Shown: positions 10,547 through 20,237 of the stretch, one piece after another
How the letters are laid out: each line of letters begins with the position of its first letter
Numbering within the stretch: the stretch's first letter is position 1
From: Planctopirus limnophila DSM 3776
GTDB taxonomy: Bacteria > Planctomycetota > Planctomycetia > Planctomycetales > Planctomycetaceae
Length of the DNA: 32,000 bases
Direction: 5' to 3'
NCBI RefSeq assembly: GCF_000092105.1
Contig: NC_014148.1
Coordinates: forward strand, 2,490,001 to 2,522,000
Program-made: the position numbers and the translations under genes
Notes under the pieces: generated by a model
Databases searched by the model: none
What the model was told of the DNA's origin: nothing
Seen by the model: only the letters and a program-made list of their open reading frames with translations

Positions 10547-10864
10547 TCTCTACTCCAGCACTCTATCTCAAAAGGAGGCATGGCTTCATCAGGAAGAATG
10601 CTCGCTGCATTTTCAGCGAACACATCACCTGCCGGAAGCTGGTTGGTGGATTCAAACATCAGTCGAGAGCGGAGCATGTCGAGGGTATGCAAACCTAGGT
10701 TACAGGTTGTACAGCGTCAACAAATTCTCACGTCACTCAGTCGCTTTCACGAAACAAACCACTCGATTTTCCAACAAGCAAGGCAACAGATGCACCAACA
10801 AGTCACCATTCGTTCCAGGGGTACCACATGAATGATCAACGTTTGGTTGCTTCCGCATTACCGA

Positions 10865-11803
10865 TCACGGCTTATTCAGCAGTTGATCCATCATCTTGAT
10901 GGCAGCAGGGCCGACCAGCACTACGAAGATGCCTGGAAAAATAAAAATCACCATGGGAAACAGCATTTGTACGGCTGTTTTTTGAGCCTTCTCTTCGGCA
11001 ATTTGACGCCGCTTAACACGCATGGAATCTGACTGCACGCGTAATGCCTGGGCGATGGAAGAACCAAACTTATCGGCCTGAATCATGATGGCCACGAGTG
11101 CCTTCACATCATCCACACCTGTCCGCACTCCCAGATCATGCAGCATGTCCCGACGGTTTCGTCCCATCTGTAGCTGCAGGTTACACATCGCCAGTTCGCC
11201 GCAAATCTCGGGCGCCGTATCCTTCAATTCTTCGGCCACACGCCGCAAGCCGGCATCTAATCCCAGACCGGCCTCGACGCAGACGACCAGCAGATCCAGC
11301 ACATCGGGCAGTTGCAGAAATATCGCCTGTTTTCGCTTACTGATGAGATAAGCCAGAACACCTTCCGGGAGATAAAAACCGGCACCAGCAGCAATGATTA
11401 ATGTCGTCAAACCGGCTTGAGTTGTCCCGTAGCGGTACATTCCCAACCCACCACCCAAAACCAGGCCCACGACCAGGCAAACGGTCTTGATGGCCAGATA
11501 AATCATGGGTGCCTGAGGGGAATGAAAGCCGGCATTCGCCAGGCGAATTTTCAATTGGCTTTGTTCCAGCTCCGACTTAGGTTCCAACGCCTTCGACAGA
11601 GCCGGTGCGGCTTTCTCAAGAAGGTTGGACATGCCATTTTTCTGTCCTCGCTGCTGTTCTCTCAACAAGGGATTGTTGAACTCATCCAGTCGCTGGCTGG
11701 CACGACTCTGCTCCCGGCTGAATATCTGCAAAGCTGCAAACACAGCCAACGTGATCGAGGCAAAGATTGCCAACGGGACAATCGTAGCGAAATCAATCAT
11801 CAT
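10865..11803 (-). CDS. tadC: Tad/Flp pilus assembly inner-membrane platform protein TadC (T2SS-F family)
   Basis: ORF from TTG 11812 trimmed to ATG 11803, with GAGG 10 nt upstream. N-terminal TM helix, central and C-terminal TM helices, and a T2SSF-type cytoplasmic domain (LPDVLDLLVVCVEAGLGLDAGL...). It is the third gene after tadA and tadB. Confidence 0.85.
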   Translation of the reverse strand: MMIDFATIVPLAIFASITLAVFAALQIFSREQSRASQRLDEFNNPLLREQQRGQKNGMSNLLEKAAPALSKALEPKSELEQSQLKIRLANAGFHSPQAPMIYLAIKTVCLVVGLVLGGGLGMYRYGTTQAGLTTLIIAAGAGFYLPEGVLAYLISKRKQAIFLQLPDVLDLLVVCVEAGLGLDAGLRRVAEELKDTAPEICGELAMCNLQLQMGRNRRDMLHDLGVRTGVDDVKALVAIMIQADKFGSSIAQALRVQSDSMRVKRRQIAEEKAQKTAVQMLFPMVIFIFPGIFVVLVGPAAIKMMDQLLNKP

Positions 11804-11907
11804 GATTGGCAAACCTCAAACGGGGCTCGAACAGAACTTCTTGAGTGACAATATCCGACAAAATGACCAATGGTTGATGGAGAACTCTCCAGATAACCTG
11901 CGAATGT

Positions 11908-12873
11908 TTACACTTTGATGTCGATAATTTTCTTGATGGCGACGGCGCCCAGAATCTGCATCACGATCCCGACAGCAATCATCTTTTTGCCGAGGTCGGT
12001 GGTGAACAGCACCATGACGTAATTGGGATTCAGGTAGTAGACCGCAAAGAAGATGGCAATCGGCATGGCCATCAGCACAGCACCACTTAAGCGGCCTTCA
12101 CCTGTTAAAGCCTGAACTGTTCCGAGGATTTTGAATCGCTCGCGGATCACTTCACTGATCTTGTCGAGAATCTCGGCCAGGTCACCGCCGGTTTGCCGTT
12201 GAATTGCCACAGCTGTCACAAAAAATTTGTAGTCCAGGTTGGGCATTTTCTTGAGGGACTCTTTCAAGGCACTTTCGACGGGAACGCCAAGATTTTGAGT
12301 TTCATAAGCACTGCGAAAGACTTGTGAAATCGGTGGAGGCATTTCATCGCAGACCAGATGCAGACCTGATGCCAGGCTGTGACCTGATCGCAATGCCCGG
12401 CCCATCAATTCCATGGCATCGGGGAGCTGTTTGGCAAACTGCTTGAATCGCTTCTTGCGTCGAAACGACAGCCAGATGAATGGAAACGTGGATGTCAGCA
12501 AGCCAAATAACGGGAGGAGTGGAGTGGGCGCATTGCCAATCAATCCCAGAGCGGCACCCACAATTCCACAGGAAACACTGATCAGCAAAAACGATCTTAA
12601 ACCAATCGGAGAATCGGCCTGTTCAAAAAAGAGACCGATCCCGCGAAATCGCTCCATCAGCAATCCCAGTGCACCATCAATGGTCTGAGAGCTGAGCTTA
12701 ACGAGTTCATCTTTGGTGATCTTGGTTTGCTCTTCACTGGTTTTCAGACCGGCAAGTACATCCAGACGGTCTTCTGCACGTTTGGAATTTCCACCCATGA
12801 GCAGTGAAGCGATGGCACCCACGAAGGCAGAGACACCCACGAAAACTGTCAGCGATATCATTAGTGGGCTCAT
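11908..12873 (-). CDS. tadB: Tad/Flp pilus assembly inner-membrane platform protein TadB (T2SS-F family)
   Basis: ORF 11908..12918 trimmed to ATG 12873, preceded by GAGGGA. T2SSF-type domain (LPDAMELMGRALRSGHSLASGL...IQRQTGGDLAEIL) flanked by TM helices. It lies immediately downstream of tadA. Confidence 0.85.
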   Translation of the reverse strand: MSPLMISLTVFVGVSAFVGAIASLLMGGNSKRAEDRLDVLAGLKTSEEQTKITKDELVKLSSQTIDGALGLLMERFRGIGLFFEQADSPIGLRSFLLISVSCGIVGAALGLIGNAPTPLLPLFGLLTSTFPFIWLSFRRKKRFKQFAKQLPDAMELMGRALRSGHSLASGLHLVCDEMPPPISQVFRSAYETQNLGVPVESALKESLKKMPNLDYKFFVTAVAIQRQTGGDLAEILDKISEVIRERFKILGTVQALTGEGRLSGAVLMAMPIAIFFAVYYLNPNYVMVLFTTDLGKKMIAVGIVMQILGAVAIKKIIDIKV

Positions 12874-13018
12874 AAGACAATTCCCTCGGAGAAACTCAAT
12901 CACGCACGAAATGAGCAAACAAACCTTTGTTCAACAGTCTGGATCGAAGCTTGTTCAAGACAGTCCGTATTTTCAGTCGGGCCAATCAATGGTTCACCGG
13001 CGGAACAATTTCTGATCG

Positions 13019-14356
13019 TTACCGCCCACCCAGTGCTCTTTGATGAAAAATGTTCGCTGGCAAACGAATACCAGCCTGCTCCAGTCGAGACATAAACGAT
13101 GGCCTGACTCCCGTGGACTCAAAGTGGCCAAAAGCTCGACCAGTCTCATCAATTCCATCCTGCACGAAGACGAAAATGTCCTGCATCACCACGGTGTCCT
13201 GCTCCATGTTGAGCACTTCTGTAATATGTGTAATTTTGCGTGGCCCACCCTGTAGACGATTCGTCTGAATAATCAGATCGACTGCCGCTGCAAACTGCTG
13301 GCGGAGTGCTCGCAGAGGAATTTCAACACCACCCATCGCGATCATCGTTTCCAGTCGCGAGACAGCATCGCGCGGTGTATTGGCGTGGATCGTGGTGAGT
13401 GACCCTTCGTGACCAGTATTCATGGCCTGGAGCATGTCGAGAGCTTCGGCTCCACGGCATTCCCCAATAATCACTCGGTCGGGCCGCATACGCAGTGCGT
13501 TTTTCACAAGATCAGTCGCTGTGATTCGTCCCTTACCTTCGATATTGGCAGGACGTGTTTCAAGCCTCAGCACATGTTCCTGTTGAAGCTGAATTTCGGC
13601 AGCGTCTTCAATCGTGATGACACGCTGATCATTCGGAATGAAGCTCGACAAAGTATTAAGAAGTGTGGTTTTACCAGAACCCGTACCTCCACTGATGATG
13701 CAGTTAAGACGAGCCTTCATGGCTCCTTCTAAAAGCATGACCATCTCGGGTGTGAAGGCACCGAATTTCAGCAGGTCTTCCAGAGCCAGTGGCTTGGAAC
13801 CAAATCGACGAATTGTGAGCGAGGGGCCATCCAGGGCCAGTGGAGGAATGACAGCGTTGAGTCGCGAGCCATCTGGAAGACGGGCATCGACCATCGGGCA
13901 GGTTTCATCCACACGACGCCCCACGCGGGAGACGATGCGATCGAGAATCTGCAGAAGATGATCGTTATCGCGGAAGGTGACTTCCGACTTTTGAATCCGT
14001 CCACCTTTTTCGATGAAGACATTCTTTGGGCCGTTGATCATGATGTCAGCGACGCCGGGTTCTTTGAGAAGAATCTCCAGCGGACCAAAGCCAAAGGTTT
14101 CATCAAGAACTTCTTCGATCAGCCGTTCACGTTCGGAACGATTGAGCAAGGGGTTCTCGGTGTCGCATAAGTGCTCGACAACCAGGCGGATTTCTCGGCG
14201 AAGAGTATCACCTTCCAGGTCTCCCAGGCGGGAGAGATCGAGTTTTTCCACGAGTTTGCCGTGGATTAATCGCTTGAGTGCTTCAAAATCCTGCTCCGAG
14301 GATAAACCGCTGCGGCTACGTGGGGGATTGAAAGTGGCAGGTGGCATTTGACGCAT
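13019..14356 (-). CDS. tadA: Tad/Flp pilus assembly ATPase CpaF/TadA
   Basis: Walker A GGTGSGKTTLLN, VITIEDAAE (Asp box/Walker B), GECRGAEALDMLQAMNTGHEGSLTTIHAN (His box), about 445 aa as in CpaF. Start ambiguous among GTG 14359, ATG 14356 and ATG 14347; GGAG sits 11 nt before 14347. Confidence 0.9.
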   Translation of the reverse strand: MRQMPPATFNPPRSRSGLSSEQDFEALKRLIHGKLVEKLDLSRLGDLEGDTLRREIRLVVEHLCDTENPLLNRSERERLIEEVLDETFGFGPLEILLKEPGVADIMINGPKNVFIEKGGRIQKSEVTFRDNDHLLQILDRIVSRVGRRVDETCPMVDARLPDGSRLNAVIPPLALDGPSLTIRRFGSKPLALEDLLKFGAFTPEMVMLLEGAMKARLNCIISGGTGSGKTTLLNTLSSFIPNDQRVITIEDAAEIQLQQEHVLRLETRPANIEGKGRITATDLVKNALRMRPDRVIIGECRGAEALDMLQAMNTGHEGSLTTIHANTPRDAVSRLETMIAMGGVEIPLRALRQQFAAAVDLIIQTNRLQGGPRKITHITEVLNMEQDTVVMQDIFVFVQDGIDETGRAFGHFESTGVRPSFMSRLEQAGIRLPANIFHQRALGGR

Positions 14357-14554
14357 CACTCCGGAATCTAGAGACAGCTTCCCAAGATTGGCAGACTGAT
14401 CCGACCATCAGTCATAGGAAACTTAGCTCAGAAATTCCGTGTGTGACGATCAGTTGCCAGAAATCATCAAATGCTGTTTTTCAGAGACAGGTCCATCACC
14501 ATTGATGGCGAATTTCATCACTTCAAAAAGAGGGAGTTCATCGAACCGCTACCC

Positions 14555-14600
14555 AATAAAAACAGCAGGTCTTAAGACAAAGCTGTCTTAAGACCTGCTG
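14555..14600 (-). terminator. Rho-independent terminator of the GH57 gene
   Basis: Perfect 17-bp inverted repeat CAGCAGGTCTTAAGACA (14563-14579) / TGTCTTAAGACCTGCTG (14584-14600) with a 4-nt loop. On the minus strand it is followed by TTTTTATT (14562-14555). It lies about 100 nt downstream of the GH57 stop and insulates tadA from it. Confidence 0.8.
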
Positions 14601-14702
14601 ATGGAGAATCGATTGATGGCGAGCAAGATAATTTCGAGTGGTTGTGCTCAGCTTGTGATAACCGTTACCACCCGAAGAATCGATAACTTCGTGCTATCCG
14701 GA

Positions 14703-16913
14703 TCAAACCGTCAGTGACATAGAGACTGGTCGCCTGGCGTTTTCTTCATGCAATGCTCGAGCATGGGCCACTGAAGTATCAATGGACAGTTTCAAATCGA
14801 CTGACCAGCAGCCATCAGCCGGAGCAAAGAACTCCCAATGAGGTACAACGGATGTACTCTGGTGGACGAGTTCGAAGCCTCCTTCCGATTGACTGACAGT
14901 TTGTACTGGCATGATCCAGAACTCGGCTGGCATCGTCGTATCCAGATTGACATCGATCCCGAGCCACTCATCGACAAGACCCATCGATTTTCCCGCGGGC
15001 AAACTGTGAGTTGAATCGAGTGTCCCAATTGATCGACCAGCGGCATCGTACAGGTAGCGATCCGGTGCCGACCCCGCGAGCCCGGCAAAGTTGAACTCCA
15101 CGCCAAAGTGCAATGGCAGATTCAGAGGGAGATTCGAGAGTTCATAACGAATCTGAATTTCACCTGGGCATGATTCATTCATCGCAATGATTTTGCGGAC
15201 AGTGGCGTGATGTGGACCAACGTGTCCGTCACGAGTCATGACCGCTTCCACATGGGAATCGGATCGTCGCACAATCGCTTTATAGGCTCCCTGGGCAAAG
15301 TCCCCTACGGTCCCTTCGCCGCTGGCGAAAGATTCGACAGCCAACCCTGGTTGCAGAAAGTGATCGACCAATGACTTGCGAGCCCACTGATCGTATTGCA
15401 GTTTCTGATCCAGCCCCGCCTGCTTGAAGCTCACACCGCCATTGGGATCAACGCCACCACCATGCTCTGTCACATGGGCTGAACTTGCACACTGTCGAAT
15501 CTTATGATGATAGGGCTCAAAGCGACGATTCAATGTCGAAAGCAGGTTATGTCGAACAGCCGTGACATCAAGTTCATACATCTGACCACCTTGCGCAGGT
15601 GCCAGAAAAGCCTTGAGTTTGTCACTTTTCAGACTGATCTCGAACTTTGAATCGCAGTTGTAATCGTCAATCGATACCTCCACCCACGGATGCGATTTCC
15701 CGGCAATCTGGTCGAGTTTGTGATCGGCAGCAATCAGATGGCTGTAGACGGCATTACGCAGATGGGGCAGGTAGAGACCGCCAAAGGCACCATGCCAGTA
15801 AGGACAATTGCACTGGGCTCGATAAAGATCCGCGCGGGCTGCTCGAAGATCCGCCACGTGCTCTTTATCGCCATAAAGTTCTTCGTACTCGGCTAATCGT
15901 TGACTGACCCCGAGCATGCGTGTGTACATTTCGTTGGTTTCGGGATATTTTACCAGAAAGTTTCGCCAGAAACCGGCCCTGACAAATGAACCCAGTTGTG
16001 GCCAGTCGTGATGCTGGCGATAGCCATTCATGGCGTCGTGGTATTGCACCTGACGCTCAGCAGGGAGTGCCCACTCCATCATCTCGCGATAACTTCCATC
16101 GGGAAGATATGTTCGCCCCAGCGGAGAAACATTGCGGACTGTTTCATCCATCGTGGTCACCTTCAGCCAGCTCGATTGCTCTCTGAGTGCCGTGAAGAAT
16201 CGCCGCATCCAGCCATTGGTGTAAACGTGATCCCACGAGCCGGGCCAGACACCAAATTTTTCGCCATCGTCGCCGAATGTCAGCACAGCTCCCGGATGTT
16301 TCTCGGCCACCTGACGACAGTGCTCGATGATCTCATGAGGATCTGCATAGGGGAGCAGGTAACGTAAACGCTCACTTCCAGGGAACAGACACAGCTTTCG
16401 ACCGGCATCTTCAGTGAAGTAGTAGCCATGCAACTCTTCATTACGGATTCCCGCGGCCCGGAAATGAGCATCATCGAGCAGAATGTACTCGATACCCGCA
16501 TCGATCAGGTCGGCAGCAAAGGACTGCTCCCAGACGCGTTCAGGGATCCAGGCACCACGCACGGGTGCATCGAAGCGTCGTTCCAGAAACTTCTTGTAAC
16601 TGGCGGTTTGCCCCACCCGATCTCGCCTGGGAATTGCGGCCAGAATGGGTTCAAAGTATGGGCCACCGAGTAATTCAATCTGCCCGTTGTCCACGAAAGC
16701 CGCCAGTCGCTCGATATAACCGGGCTCATGCTTCATCAGCCAGTCGATCAGACTTCCCGAGTTATGCAGGACAACTGCAATTTCCGGGAATTCTTCCAGC
16801 AGATCGAGTAACGGAAAATAAGCCTTCTCACAGGCGTGCCTGATGACATGATCAAAATTACCAACCGGCTGGTGATTGTGAATGGCGAGAATCAGACGGG
16901 TACTGACAGGCAT
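14703..16913 (-). CDS. Glycoside hydrolase family 57 protein (alpha-amylase / 4-alpha-glucanotransferase-like, long C-terminal extension)
   Basis: ORF 14703..17033 trimmed to ATG 16913 (MPVSTRLILAIHNHQPVGNF), with GGAG upstream. GH57 conserved regions present: HNHQP, GQIELLGGPYFEPIL, WIPERVWE (putative nucleophile Glu) and FGDDGEKFG (putative acid/base Asp). Confidence 0.85.
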   Translation of the reverse strand: MPVSTRLILAIHNHQPVGNFDHVIRHACEKAYFPLLDLLEEFPEIAVVLHNSGSLIDWLMKHEPGYIERLAAFVDNGQIELLGGPYFEPILAAIPRRDRVGQTASYKKFLERRFDAPVRGAWIPERVWEQSFAADLIDAGIEYILLDDAHFRAAGIRNEELHGYYFTEDAGRKLCLFPGSERLRYLLPYADPHEIIEHCRQVAEKHPGAVLTFGDDGEKFGVWPGSWDHVYTNGWMRRFFTALREQSSWLKVTTMDETVRNVSPLGRTYLPDGSYREMMEWALPAERQVQYHDAMNGYRQHHDWPQLGSFVRAGFWRNFLVKYPETNEMYTRMLGVSQRLAEYEELYGDKEHVADLRAARADLYRAQCNCPYWHGAFGGLYLPHLRNAVYSHLIAADHKLDQIAGKSHPWVEVSIDDYNCDSKFEISLKSDKLKAFLAPAQGGQMYELDVTAVRHNLLSTLNRRFEPYHHKIRQCASSAHVTEHGGGVDPNGGVSFKQAGLDQKLQYDQWARKSLVDHFLQPGLAVESFASGEGTVGDFAQGAYKAIVRRSDSHVEAVMTRDGHVGPHHATVRKIIAMNESCPGEIQIRYELSNLPLNLPLHFGVEFNFAGLAGSAPDRYLYDAAGRSIGTLDSTHSLPAGKSMGLVDEWLGIDVNLDTTMPAEFWIMPVQTVSQSEGGFELVHQSTSVVPHWEFFAPADGCWSVDLKLSIDTSVAHARALHEENARRPVSMSLTV

Positions 16914-17055
16914 GAAGTGCTCCAGGAGATGGAGAGATGACGGCGGGAACAGCAGCGAGAAATCCATCGATCGATGTCTAATCGACTGCCGTTGTGTGTG
17001 CGGAATCTCTCTGGAATCATGCTTTGCGGTCAAGACCGTCTCATGCGCGATTGAT

Positions 17056-17745
17056 TCAAAGTGGCTCAGTCAAGCCGGTTAAGGCGGCATATTCTGCTGG
17101 AGTATTGACATTGAACCATGGCGGAAGATCGCCAGCGGCGAAATCAGCCAGAGATTCAAGGATCAACTTCCCCTCGACAACAACTTTCGGACGAGACTGC
17201 AGTGCCCGAAAGAGAGACCTCTCGCCCTCGTTGACTCTCTGGGGAAGACTGTTCAAAAACCGGCTCGAAATCAGGGCCGGGAAGGGGGTCATCTCAAGTG
17301 GATCGAGCGAACCGGGCAGGCGATAACCTATCGCTTCCACTTCATCGAGATGATCGCTCATTCGCGCAGCACCGACTTGCCACAACACTCTCACAAACCG
17401 CTCATCCACCAGCGGTGTATCACAACCGACGACAAAAACCCAGGCACCAGGTGAAAGCGGATGGCGTGAAATATGCCCACAGAGGGCCATCAGCGGCCCT
17501 GCATACGGCTGCTGGTCGCAATCCACATGATGGCGGCATGTTTTGCCATTGGCTGACAAAACCGACGTGGAGTTTTCACTGGCGAGAACCCAGATCGGTA
17601 TGCCTAAGGGCGACAGCGTACGAGTTAAGTGTTCCAGAAAAGTCTCACCATGGAAAACCAGATTCGCCTTGGCAACACCCATGCGCGATGACTTCCCCCC
17701 AGCGAGAATGATGATTCGCTGTAAATGGGAAGTCAGTTCCTCCAT
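17056..17745 (-). CDS. mobA: MobA-like NTP transferase (molybdenum cofactor guanylyltransferase family)
   Basis: IILAGGKSSRMG nucleotide-binding loop, PYAGPLMAL, VVGCDTP. ORF 17056..17805 trimmed to ATG 17745 (CAGGAG upstream). The upstream ATG 17805 remains possible. Confidence 0.7.
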   Translation of the reverse strand: MEELTSHLQRIIILAGGKSSRMGVAKANLVFHGETFLEHLTRTLSPLGIPIWVLASENSTSVLSANGKTCRHHVDCDQQPYAGPLMALCGHISRHPLSPGAWVFVVGCDTPLVDERFVRVLWQVGAARMSDHLDEVEAIGYRLPGSLDPLEMTPFPALISSRFLNSLPQRVNEGERSLFRALQSRPKVVVEGKLILESLADFAAGDLPPWFNVNTPAEYAALTGLTEPL

Positions 17746-17826
17746 AGAGGCAAATACTCCTGAGAACAATTCTCGTTCGAATTGTGCTCGCTCTTCAAGA
17801 TGCAAATCAAGAGTCTGAGAAGACGA

Positions 17827-17861
17827 AAAGAGCCGTTCATCTTGAGGATGAACGGCTCTTT
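17827..17861 (-). terminator. Rho-independent terminator downstream of glnN
   Basis: AAAGAGCCGTTCATC (17827-17841) / GATGAACGGCTCTTT (17847-17861), 15-bp stem with a 5-nt loop. On the minus strand it is followed by TTTTCGTCTTCTC. It lies about 95 nt after the glnN stop. Confidence 0.6.
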
Positions 17862-17954
17862 CGAAACTTACTCGTTCATTTTACCAGCAATCTTGAAACA
17901 TGTACCAAGTCGAAGCCTGGGAACACAGTCTCGTGATGGCTGGAAAAATTGCTG

Positions 17955-20156
17955 CTACTTGATGAAGAGCATCTCCTGATAGGTTGGCAGCGGCCAGTGG
18001 TCGTCAGCGACGTAGGTTTCAAGCTCGTCGACAATACCACGCAGTTCCACCATCAGCGGAATGACACTGTTCTTCAGGTAGAAGGCTGTTTCCTTGGGAT
18101 TCGCCACACCGTGACCACCACCTCCACCGTGGGAAGCAGCTTCTTCGAGCTTGGCGACCGTTGCAACCAGCGATTTGTTGAGAGCGACCACCTTGTTCAG
18201 CAGTGTGGCGTCGAACTCGACTCCCACAGCCTTCAAGCTGGCACCTGACGAAGCCAGTTCTCCAACATAGCGAGTTGATGCGGGATAGATCACTGTCTTG
18301 GCAATCTCGGCCATCAGATTGGCTTCGACGTTGATTGTCAGGCAGTACTGCTCGTAGTAAATCTCCTGGCGGCTGACGACTTCTTCCTTTGTCAGAACGG
18401 CGTACTTCTCGAACATAGCGATGTTTTCGGGAGTCGCGATGTATTCGAGAGCATCAACAGTCTGCTTCAGGTTTGGCAGACCACGCTTTTCAGCTTCCTG
18501 ATGCCAGGCTTCGGAGTAGCCGTCACCATTGAAGATCACAACGCCATGCTTCTCAACAATGCTCTTGAGGAGCGTTTGAGCGGCAGGAGCGAGCTTGGCA
18601 GGATCGCCACCAGTGGCCTTTTCAAGTTCTGTGGCAATGTAATCGATCGACTCGGCCACAATCGTGTTGAGAGCCACCAGCGGACCGGAAAGCGACTGAT
18701 TGGAGCCCACAGCACGGAATTCGAACTTGTTGCCAGTGAATGCGAAGGGGCTGGTCCGGTTACGGTCACCAGCATCTTTGGGCAACTGTGGGAGCGTATC
18801 AACACCAACGGTGAGAGTTCCCTTACCCTTAGACGATGTTGGGGCGCCACTCTTCTTGATCTGCTCAAAGACATCAGCCAGCATATCGCCCAGGAAGATC
18901 GAGATGATGGCTGGAGGAGCTTCGTTGGCCCCCAGTCGATGATCATTCCCTGCATGAGCAATCACTGCGCGGAGCAGGGTGGAGTGGAGATGAACAGCAC
19001 GAATCACAGCGCCACAGAACAGCAGGAACTGCATGTTCTGGTGAGGTGTTTCGCCTGGATCAAGCAGGTTACCCTGAGCTGAGTTGCCCAAAGACCAGTT
19101 GAGGTGTTTGCCCGAACCGTTGACCCCGGCAAATGGCTTTTCGTGCAGCAGGCAGGACATGCCGTACTTGGAAGCGACATTTTTGAGTATCATCATGAGC
19201 AGCTGCTGGTGGTCAGCAGCGACGTTGGCGTTCTCATAGATGGGAGCCACTTCGTACTGGCTGGGAGCCACTTCGTTGTGACGGGTCTTGACAGGAATAC
19301 CGAGCTTGTAGAATTCACGTTCGCACTCGAGCATGTAAGCCAGCACGCGTTCGGGAATCGCACCGAAATACTGATCGGAAAATTCCTGCCCCTTGGGTGG
19401 CTTGGCCCCGAAGAGTGTCCGTCCGGCATTCACCAGGTCAGGACGGGCGAAGAAGAAATTCCGGTCGATGAGGAAATATTCCTGCTCAGGGCCACATGTG
19501 GCTGTGACCATAGGAATATCTTTGTGCCCCAGCAGTTTCAGCAGACGCTGAGCCTGAGTGTTGAGTGCCTTCATCGAGCGGAGAACCGGGGTCTTCTTAT
19601 CGAGAGCCGGACCTGTCCAGGAGACGAACGCAGTGGGAATGCACAGAGTTGTGCCATTGGGGTTTTCGAGAATGTAAGCCGGGCTGGTCACGTCCCAGGC
19701 GGTGTATCCACGAGCTTCAAATGTGGAACGCAAACCACCAGACGGGAAGCTGGAGGCATCTGGCTCGCCTTGAATCAGTTGGGCACCAGAAAACTCGGCA
19801 ATTGCTCCACCCTTGCCATCTGGCGAGAGGAAGCTGTCATGCTTTTCAGCAGTAATGCCTGTGAGAGGATAGAAGACGTGGGCGTAGTGCGTGGCACCCT
19901 TGGAGATTGCCCAATCCATCATGGCGGCGGCCACAACGTCAGCAATGGAATTATCGAGAGGTTCACCACGCTCGATGGTTCGCTTGACGGATTTAAACAC
20001 CTGCTTAGGCAGACGCTTCTCCATCTCAGTGATGCTGAAGACATTGCAACCGTAAATGTCGGCGGCTGGTGTCTCGTCGAAATTGAGAGGGGGAGAAATG
20101 GGCTTGTAATTCAAAACAGCGGAAATGGCCTGCTGACGAGCCTGGCTGCCACTCAT
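17955..20156 (-). CDS. glnN: Glutamine synthetase type III
   Basis: ORF 17955..20267 trimmed to ATG 20156 ([14 protein letters not shown]..), with AGAGGA upstream. The 733-aa length, the GSIII-type N-terminal region ([30 protein letters not shown]...[12 protein letters not shown]) and the catalytic core ([18 protein letters not shown]) fit GSIII rather than the roughly 470-aa GSI. Confidence 0.9.
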   Translation of the reverse strand: MSGSQARQQAISAVLNYKPISPPLNFDETPAADIYGCNVFSITEMEKRLPKQVFKSVKRTIERGEPLDNSIADVVAAAMMDWAISKGATHYAHVFYPLTGITAEKHDSFLSPDGKGGAIAEFSGAQLIQGEPDASSFPSGGLRSTFEARGYTAWDVTSPAYILENPNGTTLCIPTAFVSWTGPALDKKTPVLRSMKALNTQAQRLLKLLGHKDIPMVTATCGPEQEYFLIDRNFFFARPDLVNAGRTLFGAKPPKGQEFSDQYFGAIPERVLAYMLECEREFYKLGIPVKTRHNEVAPSQYEVAPIYENANVAADHQQLLMMILKNVASKYGMSCLLHEKPFAGVNGSGKHLNWSLGNSAQGNLLDPGETPHQNMQFLLFCGAVIRAVHLHSTLLRAVIAHAGNDHRLGANEAPPAIISIFLGDMLADVFEQIKKSGAPTSSKGKGTLTVGVDTLPQLPKDAGDRNRTSPFAFTGNKFEFRAVGSNQSLSGPLVALNTIVAESIDYIATELEKATGGDPAKLAPAAQTLLKSIVEKHGVVIFNGDGYSEAWHQEAEKRGLPNLKQTVDALEYIATPENIAMFEKYAVLTKEEVVSRQEIYYEQYCLTINVEANLMAEIAKTVIYPASTRYVGELASSGASLKAVGVEFDATLLNKVVALNKSLVATVAKLEEAASHGGGGGHGVANPKETAFYLKNSVIPLMVELRGIVDELETYVADDHWPLPTYQEMLFIK

Positions 20157-20221
20157 AAGTCTCGATTCCTCTTTAACACATACAGTTTTGGAGCGACTGG
20201 GAAATTCCCGTTGGACTACGC

Positions 20222-20237
20222 TGCAATCGGTGTACCG
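20222..20237 (-). promoter_or_regulatory. Candidate sigma-54 (-24/-12) promoter upstream of glnN
   Basis: The minus strand reads CGGTACACCGATTGCA, compared with consensus TGGCACG-N4-TTGCW. GG and GC have the correct 12-nt register, and GG, AC and TTGCA all match. The predicted +1 is near 20211, about 55 nt before ATG 20156. Confidence 0.3.

Noticed and set aside
10783-10796. GGTGCATCTGTTGCC (minus strand) as a -24/-12 promoter for the sigma-54 regulator gene.
   Set aside because: Only the GG and TTGC positions match. Hits of this quality are expected many times by chance in 64 kb of two-strand sequence, and it would require a leader of about 225 nt.
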